Source: Iphione sp. A-MEVVRFRX5
Taxonomy: Eukaryota
Assembly: GCA_976226885.1 (NCBI GenBank)
Contig: OZ320316.1
Coordinates: 101,928,001-101,992,000 of the forward strand
Length of the DNA stretch: 64,000 nt
Reading direction: 5' to 3'
A program made the translations under genes and the position numbers. Positions 1 through 14,200 of this stretch are shown here, piece after piece (position 1 is the first letter of the stretch; every line of letters begins with the position of its first letter). Under the pieces are notes generated by a model. It was not told the DNA's origin. It worked only from the letters and a program-made list of their open reading frames with translations, and made no database searches.

Positions 1-2342
1 CCTGGGTTGACCCAAATCTTTGGACATCCATCAGGTTTTCTATTCGTTACCATTGCTGACTATAGGGAATGACTTACTGGTATTGTTCTGCAATTCTAAC
101 TAAGCGCTTAGTCAATTTACAAGTTGCATGATAGGCGATGTATATTGTTACTGCATGTTCACTTCTCCTATGACAGTGGTTGTTGTTTTCATAGTCATGT
201 CTTAAAATACAGTAGCTACTCACCTTGCAGGCAACTTGACAGAGAGGGTAACTCAGGATTAAGGGCAAGTTTGATTGCTCCCCATGGTTTATTTACTATG
301 ATATAAGCAATTCAGGTAGGAGGGCAACTCACAGTTAAGGGGCAACTTTGTCTCGTCCCATTGGTAGTATTGGTTCTGAGTTGCTATATACTGTACATCA
401 TTTTGAGAGTTTGTATAGCATTATTATGCACTATAGAACATCGCTAGGATTATATGTGATCCACCTAGTAGGGACAACTTACTTACAGCTAATATAACTT
501 GTCTTTTTTCACATTCAAGGAGGACTTATAGTTATCTAAACAACCGATAGAATCACTTTTTAGTGATAGCCCGTTACTTCAAGGTTGAAGCTTTTAGTAT
601 GATATCCCTTCAACATCAGTTTTCCCTCTTGACTATCTTTGCAGGTATACATGTATACCTACTGGCATAGGACATGCAACTACATTCCAGCAGAGTAGAC
701 AAATTTAACACCCTTGATGAATCTTTACATATTTGTTGGTTTTTGTGGCACTTCTCGTAACCAATCTTTTATCATCTCATGCACAAGTACCCATAAGTTT
801 CATGTGAGTGGGAAGTCCAAAACGGATATCCAAGTGAAAAGCTGACAAATTTCATATACTTGTTCCTGTGTGGCCAGTTGCATGGACACTGTATGCACAT
901 GAATACTCTGAACAATGGATTTGTTTCTTCCTTGCGAACAAAAAATGAGTAATGTCACATTTAGTTTACTAATTTAAAAGCTGGGTCGAGGTCTACTTTA
1001 GTCTAGATATATGTTGAATATTACATAATATGCTCCACTGTACTATTTTTGACAAACGCAGAAATGGGCTATTTCATAAGGCAATTTCACAGGAATAGAA
1101 TTTCCCTGCAACTAACAAAGCGTGTACTCTGCCTAGATGGACTTGCCTCACTGTGTTTAGCTGATGTATAACTAGGTTTTTTGGCAGGAGTACATATATA
1201 TCTAACAGAACCGCTTAGATGTTTGAAAACCCGATGGGTTGCCAAGTTGGCAGTTAAATGAAACAGTTTCACAAAACGCAGTTTCATCACAAGGGGACAC
1301 TCTTCTTCAGTAGCGGACCTTTGATTCATACCTATCTCACTTTGAGGGGATATTTGTGTCTTTTGTAGCGTGAGGCCAACCCTGAAATGACTACATAGAA
1401 GCCCAAGGGCCTACACAATTGAAACTCCATATCTTAAAGGCCAACAAGAAAATACCTGGGTTTCTGGTAACGTGTAAACATGTGCAGTTGGTAGATAGGT
1501 ATTTTTTCTTTTGTTATTGTTAATGGATCCTAAAAACAAATGTGTATAGCAATACCACTACTACTGCTGAGATTTCAATAAAACTGGTATCATATGAAGG
1601 CTAATGATGGCAGGAAGGTAAGGGCGTATTGTATGTGTATTGTATGTGTATCTTTATTAACTCTGAGGATATTTATGAACACATTTTAGGGAAAACCGAA
1701 CCTTTTGCTGGACAGTATACAGAACTGCACAGCAATGAACATCTCAACCATGATGACCAATTAATCCAACCACTACGTTTACCCCTATAGTTGCAATTAA
1801 GGATGACAAAAAAATCTGTTTTAAGAGTGTGCAATTCCCCAAATGGGTCATACAGTGAGACAGAGCTGTATTGATTTCTAAATAGTTCAGCGTACCTTAC
1901 GGAGAAAAGTTTAAAGAGGCGGAAGCTGAGTTGTTGTCTGTCTACTTCACATCGCATTTATTTCTTCTTACTTCCCTAAATTACTTGGCCAATAGAGAAT
2001 ATGGAGGGTAATGCAGATGTTCCTAAATATATCATGGCAATTTTACTCTGCTCGGCAACCTTTTGATCGTCGAAAAATCCAGAATCTGTCAATAAACCAT
2101 CAAATACAACCAATTCCAGTGGCAATCCATGAGATCAGATAACCTCTCCCCCCAACCTAGAAAAAAGATGTCCGACACATTTTACCTCCGTTTACACTGG
2201 ATACCACTTTTCGTTTAGCCCCGCTCCCCCCGTTACAAGTGACCCCTATCGTATCATTCAGTGGTTAAATCGATACCTTTGTCTGGTATGACAATATTTA
2301 GCCAGTCGACTCTGATATCTGCGTCCGGCCTTCATCTTGTTC

Positions 2343-2650
2343 GTGTCCTTACTGCACCCCGACTGCATCTTATACAGTTATGACTTCTCTTGTGTCTTTA
2401 CTGCATCCTGACTGTATCTTACCCATGTTATGACTGCTCTTTAACTGTGTCCTTACTGCATCTCGACTTCATCTTACCCATGTTCTTGCTACTGTTCAAC
2501 TGTATCCTTACTCTATCCCAACTGCATCTTATCCATGTTGTGACTGCTCAATAACTGTATCTTTACTGCATCCCAACTGCAATTTGCCCATGTTCTGACT
2601 ACTCTTTAACTGTATCCTTACTGCATCCGGACTGCACCTTGTCTGTTTTG
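2343..2650. repeat. 55-bp minisatellite, about 6 diverged copies
   Basis: c(c/t)ttact(g)ca recurs at 2347, 2396, 2451, 2506, 2561 and 2616 (period 55). Confidence 0.9.
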
Positions 2651-3329
2651 TAACTGACTCTTGCATGTCCTACCTTTGTCAACTTCCTTTTGCCTCATTC
2701 TTACCTGCGTCCAACTTACATCTTGACCGTGTTTTACCTGCAAGTTGACTTTGCCTTCACCTAGACTTAGATATGACCTGACGTCTTGATTGCTTACTTA
2801 CTACATCCGTACTATGCTTTGCATCGTGATAGGGGAAACTATTTAGTTCGCCGATTGACTGTCTATACTCAAACGATAGAGCCCTCAGAGGACACTTTGG
2901 CCCTACAGGGCGGTGCAGTTAGGAGAAGGGGAGTGTGTGTCTGCGTGTTTATGTGTGTGTGTGCGCGTGCGTTTGGGTGCGGGGGTAGAGGTTGGAGAGG
3001 GAGGATGGGGTTTCTTGTTGACTCCATGATGAGAGACGTCCCGGTTTTCAGGTGGTAATCATATTGACTGGCCGGGATAAGCAGCGAGTGGCTTGTTGTG
3101 TTGTCTGTCAGTGCCACGTTATTAATTGACTGTCACCAACAGGGCCTCCACCGCCCACAACACTACTACTACGAACAGTACTTTTATTACATTTAATTAC
3201 TTATCAATAGAACTACAGATACCTACACCGTCAATATCATGTAATATTGTCACGTTTTGTAATAATTCAGTACAATCAGCATGCTTTGTTTCACCTAAAT
3301 CGTCCGGATAACGGGTCTAGATACATCAG

Positions 3330-3655
3330 TAAATGTATGACTGTCAGTAAAACTACTAGCAGCACTACCCTCTCTACTACCACTAGTAGATGTATGACTA
3401 TCAGTAGAACTACAAGCAGCACTACCCTCTCTACTACCACTAGAAGATGTATGACTATCAGGAAAACTACTAGCAGCACTACCCTCATCCAATACTATTT
3501 TCTCCACAGTTACTACTCTTGTATATGGACAACTACTTAATGAAAAATGTCTACTACTAGCAGCACCACCAAAACCTGCATCACCACCATTACCACCATC
3601 ACTACTACTATTACTACTGCTACTACTACTACTGCTACTACTACCAATGGAAAAA
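3330..3655. repeat. 57-bp tandem repeat (about 2.7 copies) followed by (ACT/ACC)n low-complexity tract
   Basis: agcactaccc at 3361, 3418 and 3475; ACT/ACC triplets at 3550-3650. Confidence 0.85.
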
Positions 3656-5151
3656 CAATTCTTACTGCAGTTAGTATCATTGCTCCTGTTAGCATAACAA
3701 CCATCATTTTCCAGCTTTGCAAGAACTATCACTTGTACTCTTACCATACTTAAACATATCCTTACTACATGTATACTTAATTTGTTATTAGTATGCATGT
3801 GTATAATGAATCAATCTAAATGAAAACCAAAACTTTGAGGCCCTAGGAACATGGTACCTTCCGGAACGATCCGATCGGTCTCTATGCAGGGGTTAGATTA
3901 AGACAACAGGCTCCCCCTAGTGGAGAAAGCCCCCTTCTACTAAATACTGGGAATCCAGTACCACCATATCGTTACTAGTACCAGCCAAGCAGTGGTCTCC
4001 ACCACCGCCGCCCGCCACTACCACCATCATCGAGTGGATCTCCGGATTTTACCGCGCTGTCTGTTTGGTCTTGAATATATCTGTCTGTGGTGACATCCCA
4101 GGAAGTAAACACTCCATGCATGTCAGACACCACGCAGACACGCCCAACAAAGGCTATCACAGCTGAACCATAGACCGAGGCAGACGGGTCATACTAAGGA
4201 GCTTTGCCATCCATATGTCATCCTTTCCCCTCCAGAGTAGACAGAGGCTTCATCTGTTACTCCATCTATGTCGGCACTCCCGAGGGATATACATATTTGT
4301 TTTCCAGTCTGAGATTTTTACCTCCGTCTTCTTACTGTCGCCGGCTTTTCATGTCGACTGAGTCTTCGGGAGATGGGGCGGAACACACACAGACAATACA
4401 CATGTAGAGGTGTTTGATTAAGTACGCCGGCGACGACCGGGGAAATATGCATGCTGGGGTTCGGTGGAGCTGATAAACAAAGCGCAGTGATTCCCGATCG
4501 TATCATATGTGTTGGTCAGAATGAAGGACGAGTCTCAGATTATTTCCCAGCTTATAATTATTCGTCTTCTGTGTTTATCTTATTCCCAGACACCCCTTGT
4601 CCATGCTCGTCGTTCAACATAAGGCATTGTCACAGACCAATGACGTATGCCCGCAGGAAACGTAGGCCTATACATGTATATGGAGCGGTAATTCAGCCGA
4701 AGTAGTTTGTGATACGAATATTTAGGCTTTTCATATCTGTCACAACATGGAGAAGTTAACATAACAACAAATAAGTACAGGAAGCTCTATATCAAGCTGT
4801 ATTATTCTCCCGAAAGGTCATGTGTATAATGTTGGGTGTTTTTTCCCTGGTATAAATTCAAGGAAACGAATGAAATCAATATATATGTACTGCCCCCTTG
4901 CTCTATATACACTTGCACATTGTTTGTTGTTTGTTTGTTTGTTTGCTTGTGGTTTGCAGTTTACAGGGAGGCCCGGCTTTACGGTGTCATGTTCTCCTGA
5001 ACTGGCTCCTTGCTTGCCGGATGTCTGTAGTAATGCAAATCACCTACTTAACGTAAAAAAAAACAAATTTTTATCTAATTTGAAATATTTATTCAAATCT
5101 TCTCTCTCTTCTCTTCTCCACCATCCACCCATCCATTCATCCACCCCTCAG

Positions 5152-6218
5152 ACGGTCACGGAGGTCGGGTGGAGTTCGACAAGCAGGGCGACGGCCTGGG
5201 CCGCTACTACATTCTCAACTACCGGCGCAACCGCACCACGCGCCGCTTCGAGTACGTGCGCGTCGGGCGCTGGTCGTCGTCGGGGCTCACCATGTTCGAC
5301 GATCAACGCGTCGTGTGGACGGGCGGCACCTACGACGTGCCGGACAGTCGCTGTTCTCAGCCGTGCGGGCCGGACGAGATCAAGAAGGGCCAGCAGGGGG
5401 ACACCTGCTGCTGGATCTGCACCAAGTGCCGCCCGTACGAGTACGTCCGCGACGAGTTCACCTGCGAGGACTGCGGCGACGGTTACTGGCCGCATGCGCA
5501 CAAGCGCTCCTGCTACAAGCTTCCGGAGAAGTACATCCGCTGGAACAGCGTCTTCGCCATCGTGCCCATCTGCCTGAGCGTGCTGGGCATCCTCCTGACC
5601 TGTATAGTCATCCTGACCTTCCTGCGTCACTGGGACACCCCCATAGTGAAAGCCTCCGGCCGCGAACTTAGCTTCCTGCTGCTGGCCGGTTTCCTCGTGT
5701 GCTACTCCATGTCGTTCATCCTTATCATCAAGCCCTCGGCGCTCGTCTGCGGCGTGCAGCGCTTCGGGGTCGGCTTCGGCTTCAGCATGACGTACGCCTC
5801 GCTGCTCACCAAGACCAACCGCATCTCGCGCATCTTCGACAGCGCCAGCAAGTCGGCCAAGCGCCCGGCCTTCATCAGCCCCAAGTCGCAGCTGCTCATC
5901 AGCGCCATCTTGATCGGCTTCCAGGTGGTGTTCGCCTGCGTGTGGATGGTGCTCGAGCCGCCGGCCACCCGCCATTACTACCTGGGCGGCCAGCGTGACC
6001 AGGTGATCCTCAAGTGTCGCATCAAGGACATCTCCTTCTTGGTGTCGCTCATCTACAACATGCTGCTCATCGTCGTGTGCACGGTGTACGCTGTCAAGAC
6101 GAGGAAGATCCCCGAGAACTTCAACGAGTCCAAGTTCATCGGCTTTACCATGTACACCACCTGTATCATCTGGCTGGCCTTCGTGCCCATCTACTTCGGC
6201 ACGCTCAACTCCTTCGAG
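5152..6218 (+). CDS. mGluR: Metabotropic glutamate receptor (group II / DmGluRA-like), internal exon: end of Venus-flytrap domain, cysteine-rich domain, TM1-TM6
   Basis: Acceptor ...ccacccctcag|AC at 5151/5152 and donor TTCGAG|gtaagt at 6218/6219. Translation has FDKQGDGLGRY, a 9-Cys CRD (CSQPC...CCWICTKC...C..C...C), KASGRELS, LLTKTNRISRIF and KTRKIPENFNESKFIGFTMYTTCIIWLAFVPIYFG. Codons are strongly G/C-ending. Upstream exons are outside the window. Confidence 0.97.
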
Positions 6219-6560
6219 GTAAGTATCTTAACCTTGAATTGACCTTATCCCGGGGTCAAAGAGCTTCACTATGTTTGCTACTTGTATTGCCTGTCTCACC
6301 TTTGTGTTGATCTTAGACATGCTCAACTCCTTCGAGGTAAGAACCCTGACCTTGAGATGACCTTATCCTGGGTCAAGCAGCTTCACTAGGTTTGCTACTT
6401 GTAAATGCCTGTCTCCCCTTTGTGTTGATCTAAGACATGTTTAACTCCTTCGAGGTGGGGAACCTGACCTTGAGATGACCCTGTCCTGTTCACTTTAACA
6501 TTGCCTGTGTGACCTTTAGGTTGATCTCAGACTTGGCTAACTCTTTTCAGGTAAAGTTTG
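6203..6560 (+). repeat. 118-bp tandem repeat whose unit contains the mGluR exon end and 5' splice site (4 copies)
   Basis: aactccttcgag|gt with the GT at 6219, 6337 and 6455, plus a diverged aactcttttcag|gtaaag with the GT at 6551. Confidence 0.9.
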
Positions 6561-9500
6561 ATATGCTTCACAATATGCACTCGTTGGACGACCTGGTTGC
6601 GCTTTGTGTCACATTTTTAGACTGTGTCCAAATCATTTAAGCAAGAACTTTTCTTCAGACAAATCTGTATAGGTTGATCAGCCTCTCAGTGTTAACCACA
6701 TGTAGAACCTGGTTGACCTTTATGTCTGCCTGCTTTGCTACGACCATATCATGTAAGATAAGACACTCTGGTCAATCAGATTTTTCAAGTATACTAGTTG
6801 AATCGCTGTCCATTTGCTTAACTCATTCCTATACCCTTGTCTGAGAGCTTGCCTATAGAACATTAACTGGCTTCACTATGCAAACCACCTGAATAAATGG
6901 ACTGACCTCCTGGTTAGTTTATGCCGTCTGCGACTGTCAGATGAGACCTAGTATCTTTACGTCGGCCTATAGTCGGATTGGTCTTCATGTTAACCACTTT
7001 TCTTTGTGGCGTATTCATGGGAGGTGAAGGAACCACAAAGCTGCTGTTTTCTCACTAGGGATGTTATGCACATGTACACTCATTATCGAAATCCCCACGC
7101 ACATGGACATACAGTTGAACGTCCTGTTTGCGACCACACTGACTTGCGACCATTCTCGCTCATACGACAACTTGGGCTCGGACCAGAGGGGTGGTCACAA
7201 ATAGGCGTTCCACTATATACACAGTAGCTTCTTTCTTCACTTTCCCTTATGACATTTTACTGATTCCTGATGTGCTACGTGAGAGAATACGCTATTTAGT
7301 AGAGGATGATTTATTTTCACTCAGTTGACTCGAAAGAATACCCATAGCCACGTAGATTCTTACATCATTTTGTTCTTAACAAATGCATTCATTGCTAATA
7401 CCGCCTGTTCCCTTGATTTGAAAATCAAAGCAGAAACAAAGTAAGAGTCTGCAGATGTTATCGACCTACACTTCCGTAGAGAGGGCAATGATTATGAGGC
7501 TGTTTTTGCTTTACTCTTTACAAAACCCACTACCTTTTATCGACAATATGTCAAGTTTTGTAATCTTCTGTGAATATTAACACCGTAAGTCTGGTTCCCT
7601 TTCAGTCGTTTATAAGAGATTATACTTATAATGACAACGCTAGTCTTGCTTCGCCCCTGTATTTTGTCCCGCCTTTTTCTAGCTATATTGCTATTTATTA
7701 ACTACGTATAAACATATTTGACATTTAGTATTACCTCATTTCTAATTCACATAAGAATGAAACACAACTTTCCGTACAACAGTTTTTTCTGCCCACCCTA
7801 AAATCCAATTTCTTCTTTCATTTCCGAAGCATATTGGAAGGTTCCCCAAAAGGTTACCTTTCATTTGTAGAGATAATATTAGTCAAGAGGGATTCAGTAT
7901 CATACCTCCCTTAATGTATCAATCAAGCCCTACGTTACAGTTCCAGCCAATCAGCTGTCTTAGCACAACCTCAATGACTACTGGCCTCTTGCGCTACTTG
8001 TAACGTGTCCTCTGTGTGGCTCGTTGTATCGTTTGATCTACGCTTGACTTGCCTCTTTACGGATCAAGCATCTTCTCTATGAGTTGTTCCTCTGTAGTTT
8101 CATTCCTCGCTCGACCTGTTTGCTGTGTCTGGTCCCCTCTCTGTGTGTCTATCTCTATCTTGTTTTTTCTGTCTCTTTCTTTCTGCTTCTCCTCCTCTCT
8201 TCTTGTCCCTCGCTTTACCTTGCGCTCTCTACCTTTCCTCTTCTTTGTTTTCTTCTTTGTTTACTTTCTCCCACTCTCTCGTGGCGTTTTCTTCTCTTTT
8301 CGGTAACTTTCCTTCTCGAACTTTGTCTTTCTGTGTTTCTTGCATTCTCTTCCGTCTAAACACACACACATACACACACACAAATATATACACATGCATA
8401 CACCATATCCCCATATATGTCTATTGACCTTCGCCAGGAAACATCTCCGCCCACTACCACAAGTGAACGAAATCCCACAAGTACCAGTCTAGCCGTCTCC
8501 CCTGTAGTTTATGCCCCATTAGTTAGCGGTATCAACGACCAACGTCGTCATCCAAGGGGGGGGGGGGGGCTGGGAGGGGTACCTTCATTTCTTCAGACCG
8601 TGGATGGGGTTGGGGGGGGGAGGTGAGGGGGGGGGGAGATTCGGCGGTCGTCGTGCAGGTAGGCGTACTAAAAGGTACTATTGATGTGGAGCGGGGGGGG
8701 GGGGATGCACCGCTCCACTGCCTCACCTGAGAGAAGCTAGGACCCCGAGTACAACCTTATCGACCTGGGCGTATCCGGCGTTTTACCAACGAGGAGAAGA
8801 GACGAGACAGAGTGAGTGGGGTGGGAGCTAAAAAAAACGGAGGGGAGTGTGTGTGGGGGGGAGGGGGTCTGCAGTCGTGGGAGCTGGAGCGAAAAGACGA
8901 CGACGGAGACGACGACGAGGAAGAAGGGCAGAGCAGACATGAGCAAGGGGGTAAAAAAAACACCCTCACGGTGAAACTAGTGAGAAAAGACATCGGCGGT
9001 GTTATGTGAGACGAAGAGTAGTCAACAGCACAAAACTATTGAACGTTTCGGTATGTATAGGAGATAAAGTATAGGGTAACGTAGATGTAAGTGAAATCGT
9101 AAAGGTAGGGGATCGACCCCCCCCCCCCCTCCAAAAAAAGGGAGGTGTTTTCTAGTGATGCGAACCTTGCCAGGAGGACCTATAAAGGAAAAGTAAGAAG
9201 ACTCTTCGGTTTAGGTTTTATAGATGACAGGGGTACAATGCGCACCTAAAGGTGAACTGTGGAATAGGAAAACTTTGTTCAAAAATACTTAAAGTATGAG
9301 ACGGCAATACGTCAGAGGAACCTTTGATAGGAAAACGTTCAGGCGAGTGCGCTTTAGAGTTTTAACGGTAACCCATGTTGAAACTTTGCTTTTATGCGGT
9401 TTCTGCAGACTAAAACTGTTGTTACAACGATCCTCTTAGTCATTACACAGATCTGTTATTGTCACTCAAGCTTCCCCATAGTTAATTCAATCCTCCTACC

Positions 9501-10669
9501 TGTGAAATAATATCATTCTTTCATACCAAAAGTTACCTTGGTAAGCCCTTATACGGAGCCCCACTGTAACATCAAGTTCACTCTTAATACCAGAAAGGTA
9601 GCATTTCTGTACACAAACCCACTCCCACTTCTATATTACAAATTAATTATGCCATCTTTATTATAACCCCAACACATCACAATTCACTATATATGATATT
9701 ATTTATTTACAAGAACAGACTCAAAGTTGTTTCTTCAATTCTTATACATAATTCGGCAGTCTTTACCCTAACCCCCCCTTTACTTAATCAACTGCTCCTA
9801 ACTGGGAAGTACAACTGTAGCATTTTTGTACAGGGAAACACTTAAATGTTATCCTAGTTCTGCTACATAACTTATTAGCTACGCTACCTAAAAGTAAGGT
9901 TTCTGTACAGGACATATCACAATTCTCTTTTAGTAAATGTTACTCATCATATCTGTATCATAGTTTTCCCATACTTAATTCACTCTTCCTGGCAAGCTTC
10001 AATTTGACATCGTCAGTCAAAATTTATGAGTTCCATCCAACTAGCTCTTTTTTAGTTCGTCCCCACCATATATGTACATGTATAGTGAGAATTTTGCTAC
10101 TCCCCGTCGATCAAATATTGACATTCGTAAAAGTTTATCTACTGCAGAGTTATTTCACATGAGCATTGTATATCTCCATCTCGCCAATCGTTGCAATATA
10201 CAGTAGCCCTCTATGCTGGTGCCCAAGACTTACGATCGATTCCTTGTAAGGATAAAGTTATATCAGAAAAACAAAACCAAAAAATGGTCAACAACCAAAT
10301 ACTCATCAATCGAGATCGTTACAGTGTCATATACATTGTATGGTGTGGCCAAACTGGGAAAAAAAGCTGAATCTTAAAGGGTTTTAGTCAAATAGGCAAG
10401 AAAAAGAAGGAAAAGAAAAGTGCAGGCAACGAGCTCCAGCCGCTGACAACCTAACCCATTCTCTATTTACCCTCCTCCAGCAGCTTTGGCTAACTAGGGC
10501 TGTGCCCGGTAACTTGCAGGTGACCCTAGCTATCCTCTGCGTCACCTGGGGCGATTGCCGGGCCTTATTGGCGAGAAGACCGGGGGGTGCGGGGGGGGGG
10601 GGTAGTAGTGTGAGAATCGATTGAAGCGACCTGGATGAGGTGGTGCCTAGGGGGGGGAGGAGCTGACCG

Positions 10670-11240
10670 CTAGGTGCGTTATAGACAGGACTAGATAGAG
10701 CAATAAAGGACAAGACCCTATGAGGACATCAGAGGGATGAGGGAGGGAACCATAAGGAGTCGTATTTAAGAGAGGGTTTTTAATGGAACTTTACTTTTAG
10801 ATATGTTATATACAGGACTAGATAGAGCAATAAAAGACAAGACCATGTGAGGACATCAGAGAAATATGGGAGTAAGCATTTGAAGTCGTATTTTAGAAAG
10901 GGTTTTTAATGGAACTTTACCATTATATCCACTTAAGACAGGACTAGATAGGACAATAAAGGACAAGAAGGTGTGAGGATGTCAGAGGGATATGGGATGT
11001 AAGCGTAAGGAGTGGTATTTTGGAAAGGTTTTTTAATGGAACTTTACATCTTAATAGATGCATTATAGACAGGACCAGATAAAGCAATTAAAGACAAGAC
11101 CATGTGAGGATATCAGAGGGATATAGGAGGTAACCATTAGGAGTAGTATCTTAGAGTGGGTTTTAATAGAACTTAACTGTTACATGTGTTATAAATAGGA
11201 CTAGATAGAGCAATAAAGGACCAGACCACAAGACAGATAT
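10670..11240. repeat. About 127-bp tandem repeat, about 4.3 copies (intronic)
   Basis: ggac(t/c)agata...caataaa(g/a)gacaagac at 10688, 10815, 10941, 11072 and 11198. Confidence 0.9.
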
Positions 11241-14200
11241 GAGCCGGTGTTTTGGAAAGGCTATTTAACTTTATTGTGTTTTAATAATGCAGGGAGATCA
11301 TTTTTAAATGCATGTATTTATGAAACCTGTTAAAGCATGTTAGAATTTAATATTCAAAGAACGGGGAAAATCCAGGTCCTCTCCAAAGCTAGCCGGCGGG
11401 TAAAACTAGCAATAGAAATCGGTAGTCCAGAGTAAAGAACTGTAATGTGTGAAAGTTCTTGAGATGAGGAGAATAAGTAGGTAGTTTGACCCTGTGACAT
11501 ACAATTCAAGATGGCGGCTCGTCAATGTAAAGAGGGGGTGGAGGAGGGAGGTTGCCTTGTCGTTTCAACAGCCGGCGGTGGTCGCGCCCGGGAGAATGGC
11601 GACGGTGGCGGCGGCGGTGGCGGCGGTAACGACGGCAGGAGCTGCTCGATTGGCAGCGGGAGCGGGAGGCAGTTGGCAAGGAGAGCACCTCCTCTCCGGG
11701 CGGCTAACTTCGTTACTGGTTGTTTGCCGGTCCGGTTGGCCTTTTCAAAGTGGTCGCCAAGATTCTGGCGCTTGTCTTTTCGAGTGGAACTAATGGGGGG
11801 AGCAGCTCAGAGCAAACATTACGCGGGGGAACTGTGAGCAGCTCCTGAGTCGGCCGCCAGCTTGATAGAGGACAGATGGTTTATGGGTTGTATGTAAGAA
11901 TCTGGGAGGGACACGCATGTAAAAAGGGGCTTGTTATATATTGGGTTGGTACTTGGACTATGCAACGTTGGTTATGTGTGTGCGTGTTGGTGTGTGTCTG
12001 TGTGTTGCTGCACTATATGTCTTTCCGATCAGTGTGTTTAGAGCTGTTCTGGCTGGCTATATTTATGCATACGTGGATGTCAGTGTGAATGTTTGCTGGT
12101 GTCGATGTTTCAGCATGTGTATGTGCGTACGTGTGTGTGCATGGAACCCTTTTTTTCTTGATTAATGGTCGTCTTTATAGGAGGAATTTTCGTAGAGAAA
12201 GTCTCACAGTAAGAATTGATTCCATTCTGAAAGAAAACTGTGTTGAGAGATAAAGAGCTTCACTGACTTTGAATCTTCAACGGAGTATCTATTTTACTTG
12301 CGCATCAGTGTGGGTGGGCAGGGACAAGCGAATGAAACGTCTCTTACCAGACATCACGCCGGCGAGTATGTGTTTACTTGCGCGTGTGTCTGTGTATGTG
12401 TGTGGGGAGGAGGGGGCGGAGACAGGAAATTACACTTTTCATCCCATCCACGACACTGGCGGGCATTTGTTTGTTTGTGGTTTGTATGTCTATCTGTGTG
12501 TGTAGCGGAGGCACGGAATAGATACTTCTCCATCCAGAAGTCACATCAGCTATGGTGTGTGTGTGTGTGCACGCACGTGTGTGTGTGCGTGCGCATGTGA
12601 GCCGCGGACACAAGAAAGTAATACAATGTACTTTTCTTTCGAGGCAAGCGCAAAGGCTGATGTGCAGTGGGCCGCGAGTGTGAAAGTGTTGCTCGACTTG
12701 TCAGTTTATAGGTTCACATGCGAACTACGGGCCGATTTCACAACGGAGGGGGGGGGTCTTAGCATTGTTAACTATATGCAACGAGCCGGACTTTAAGTGT
12801 CAAACTCCTATGCTCACAATCTTAATCTCCGGGGGGTCGTGAAGGGGCAGCATTTAATCAGGATACACTGCTTGCTTGACAGGCGTGGAGTTAATCTCTG
12901 GAAGACGAAGAGCACTATCTTCACACTGCGATGTGCCAGACACAGAGACCCTAATGCATTGCTTTCAGAACATCTGAATGTGCCTTCTCCTGCTGAAGGA
13001 ACCTTAAACTTTTGAAGTGGATGAGTAACTATGTTTATGGAATGTTATACTTAGAAGCAACAGCTTTCCAAATAACAATTTTCTTTACAACTTACTTTCA
13101 ACTTATCTTCCAATATGGCAAACTCATTTCCTTACTGCCAGGGGAGTTCTTAGTATAATGTGGAGAAAACTATTAATCCTTTGAGTTTGAGACGCGTTTG
13201 TTGCAAAAAAACGACAGCTCTGTAGCGTTTTCTGAACCAGTGGCCATAGGAGCTATCCCAAACCTTTGCCTGGGTCGTACTTGCCTTCATGTGGGGTGGG
13301 TGACTGTGATAGAGGGCCGTCTAACCAGTGTTAGAGAGGGTCGGCGGGTAAATAGTCCTAGGTATACCTATGTAGACGGTGTATTTAAATTGATGGCTGG
13401 GTAGAATAGGTATTTACACTGTTTTTAGTGGCGGGTTGTTGACTATGTACATATCGAAAGAGTATTAGTTGGTGAGTAGGTAAGTGCATATGTAGGTACA
13501 AGAGTGCTGAAAGGGGGATTGGTTATTAATTCTTACATTGATAATCCATGTGATGTTTTGTAGCTAGCTTATATTGTTAGTATATATAGACTAATGGCAT
13601 TTTTTATTTATAAAAGTGTATGAATTATGAAAGGTCACCTATGACAGTGTTTACATTCCTGTATGCTCCATAAAAAGTGTTATAGCCACAATGACATCTT
13701 AATTACTATATTATAATGTTAGTCAGCGATGGATTAATAAGTCAGTGCAGAGGTGGGCTCTCAGGTGGGTGGTTAGAGGAGATTTAAGCGTGTTCACGTG
13801 TAGGTAAGTGCTTGTGCTTTACAGAGATGTGGTGGCAGTGAGGCAGGTCAGGTTCTAGATAGGTGAACGAAGATTGAGACACTTACATCATGGCTTAAGT
13901 ACACTACACCAGTAGGTTCAATCACAGCCTTTGTTCTTCTTCACAGCATACAGCACAGCAGAGTTCAGTAAGTGTCCAAAAATAGCATTGGAGTGACCCC
14001 TTTATATAATCAAACCTTATGACAAAAACTGCACACAAACATCACATCATCTGGAAACAACCGTTAGTTAAAGTAGCTCAAATAAAAGTTATCAATTTTT
14101 TCATATACAGTGTGACATCACAGTGTCAAGTATCCTGGGTACCTCATAAGATGAAGACAATCAGATTTTCTTTGTTCACACATGACATGACAATGTGAAG

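Noticed and set aside
3247-3798. Thr/Ser-rich or hydrophobic ORFs resembling mucin or TM proteins
   Set aside because: Translation of ACT/ACC microsatellites and the 57-bp repeat.
5148-6310. Antisense (275 aa) and alternate-frame ORFs over the mGluR exon
   Set aside because: By-products of extreme GC3 bias, with no recognisable motifs.
8040-9140. CT-rich and G-run tracts as coding or G-quadruplex elements
   Set aside because: Such tracts are common throughout this window, and nothing specific supports a function.
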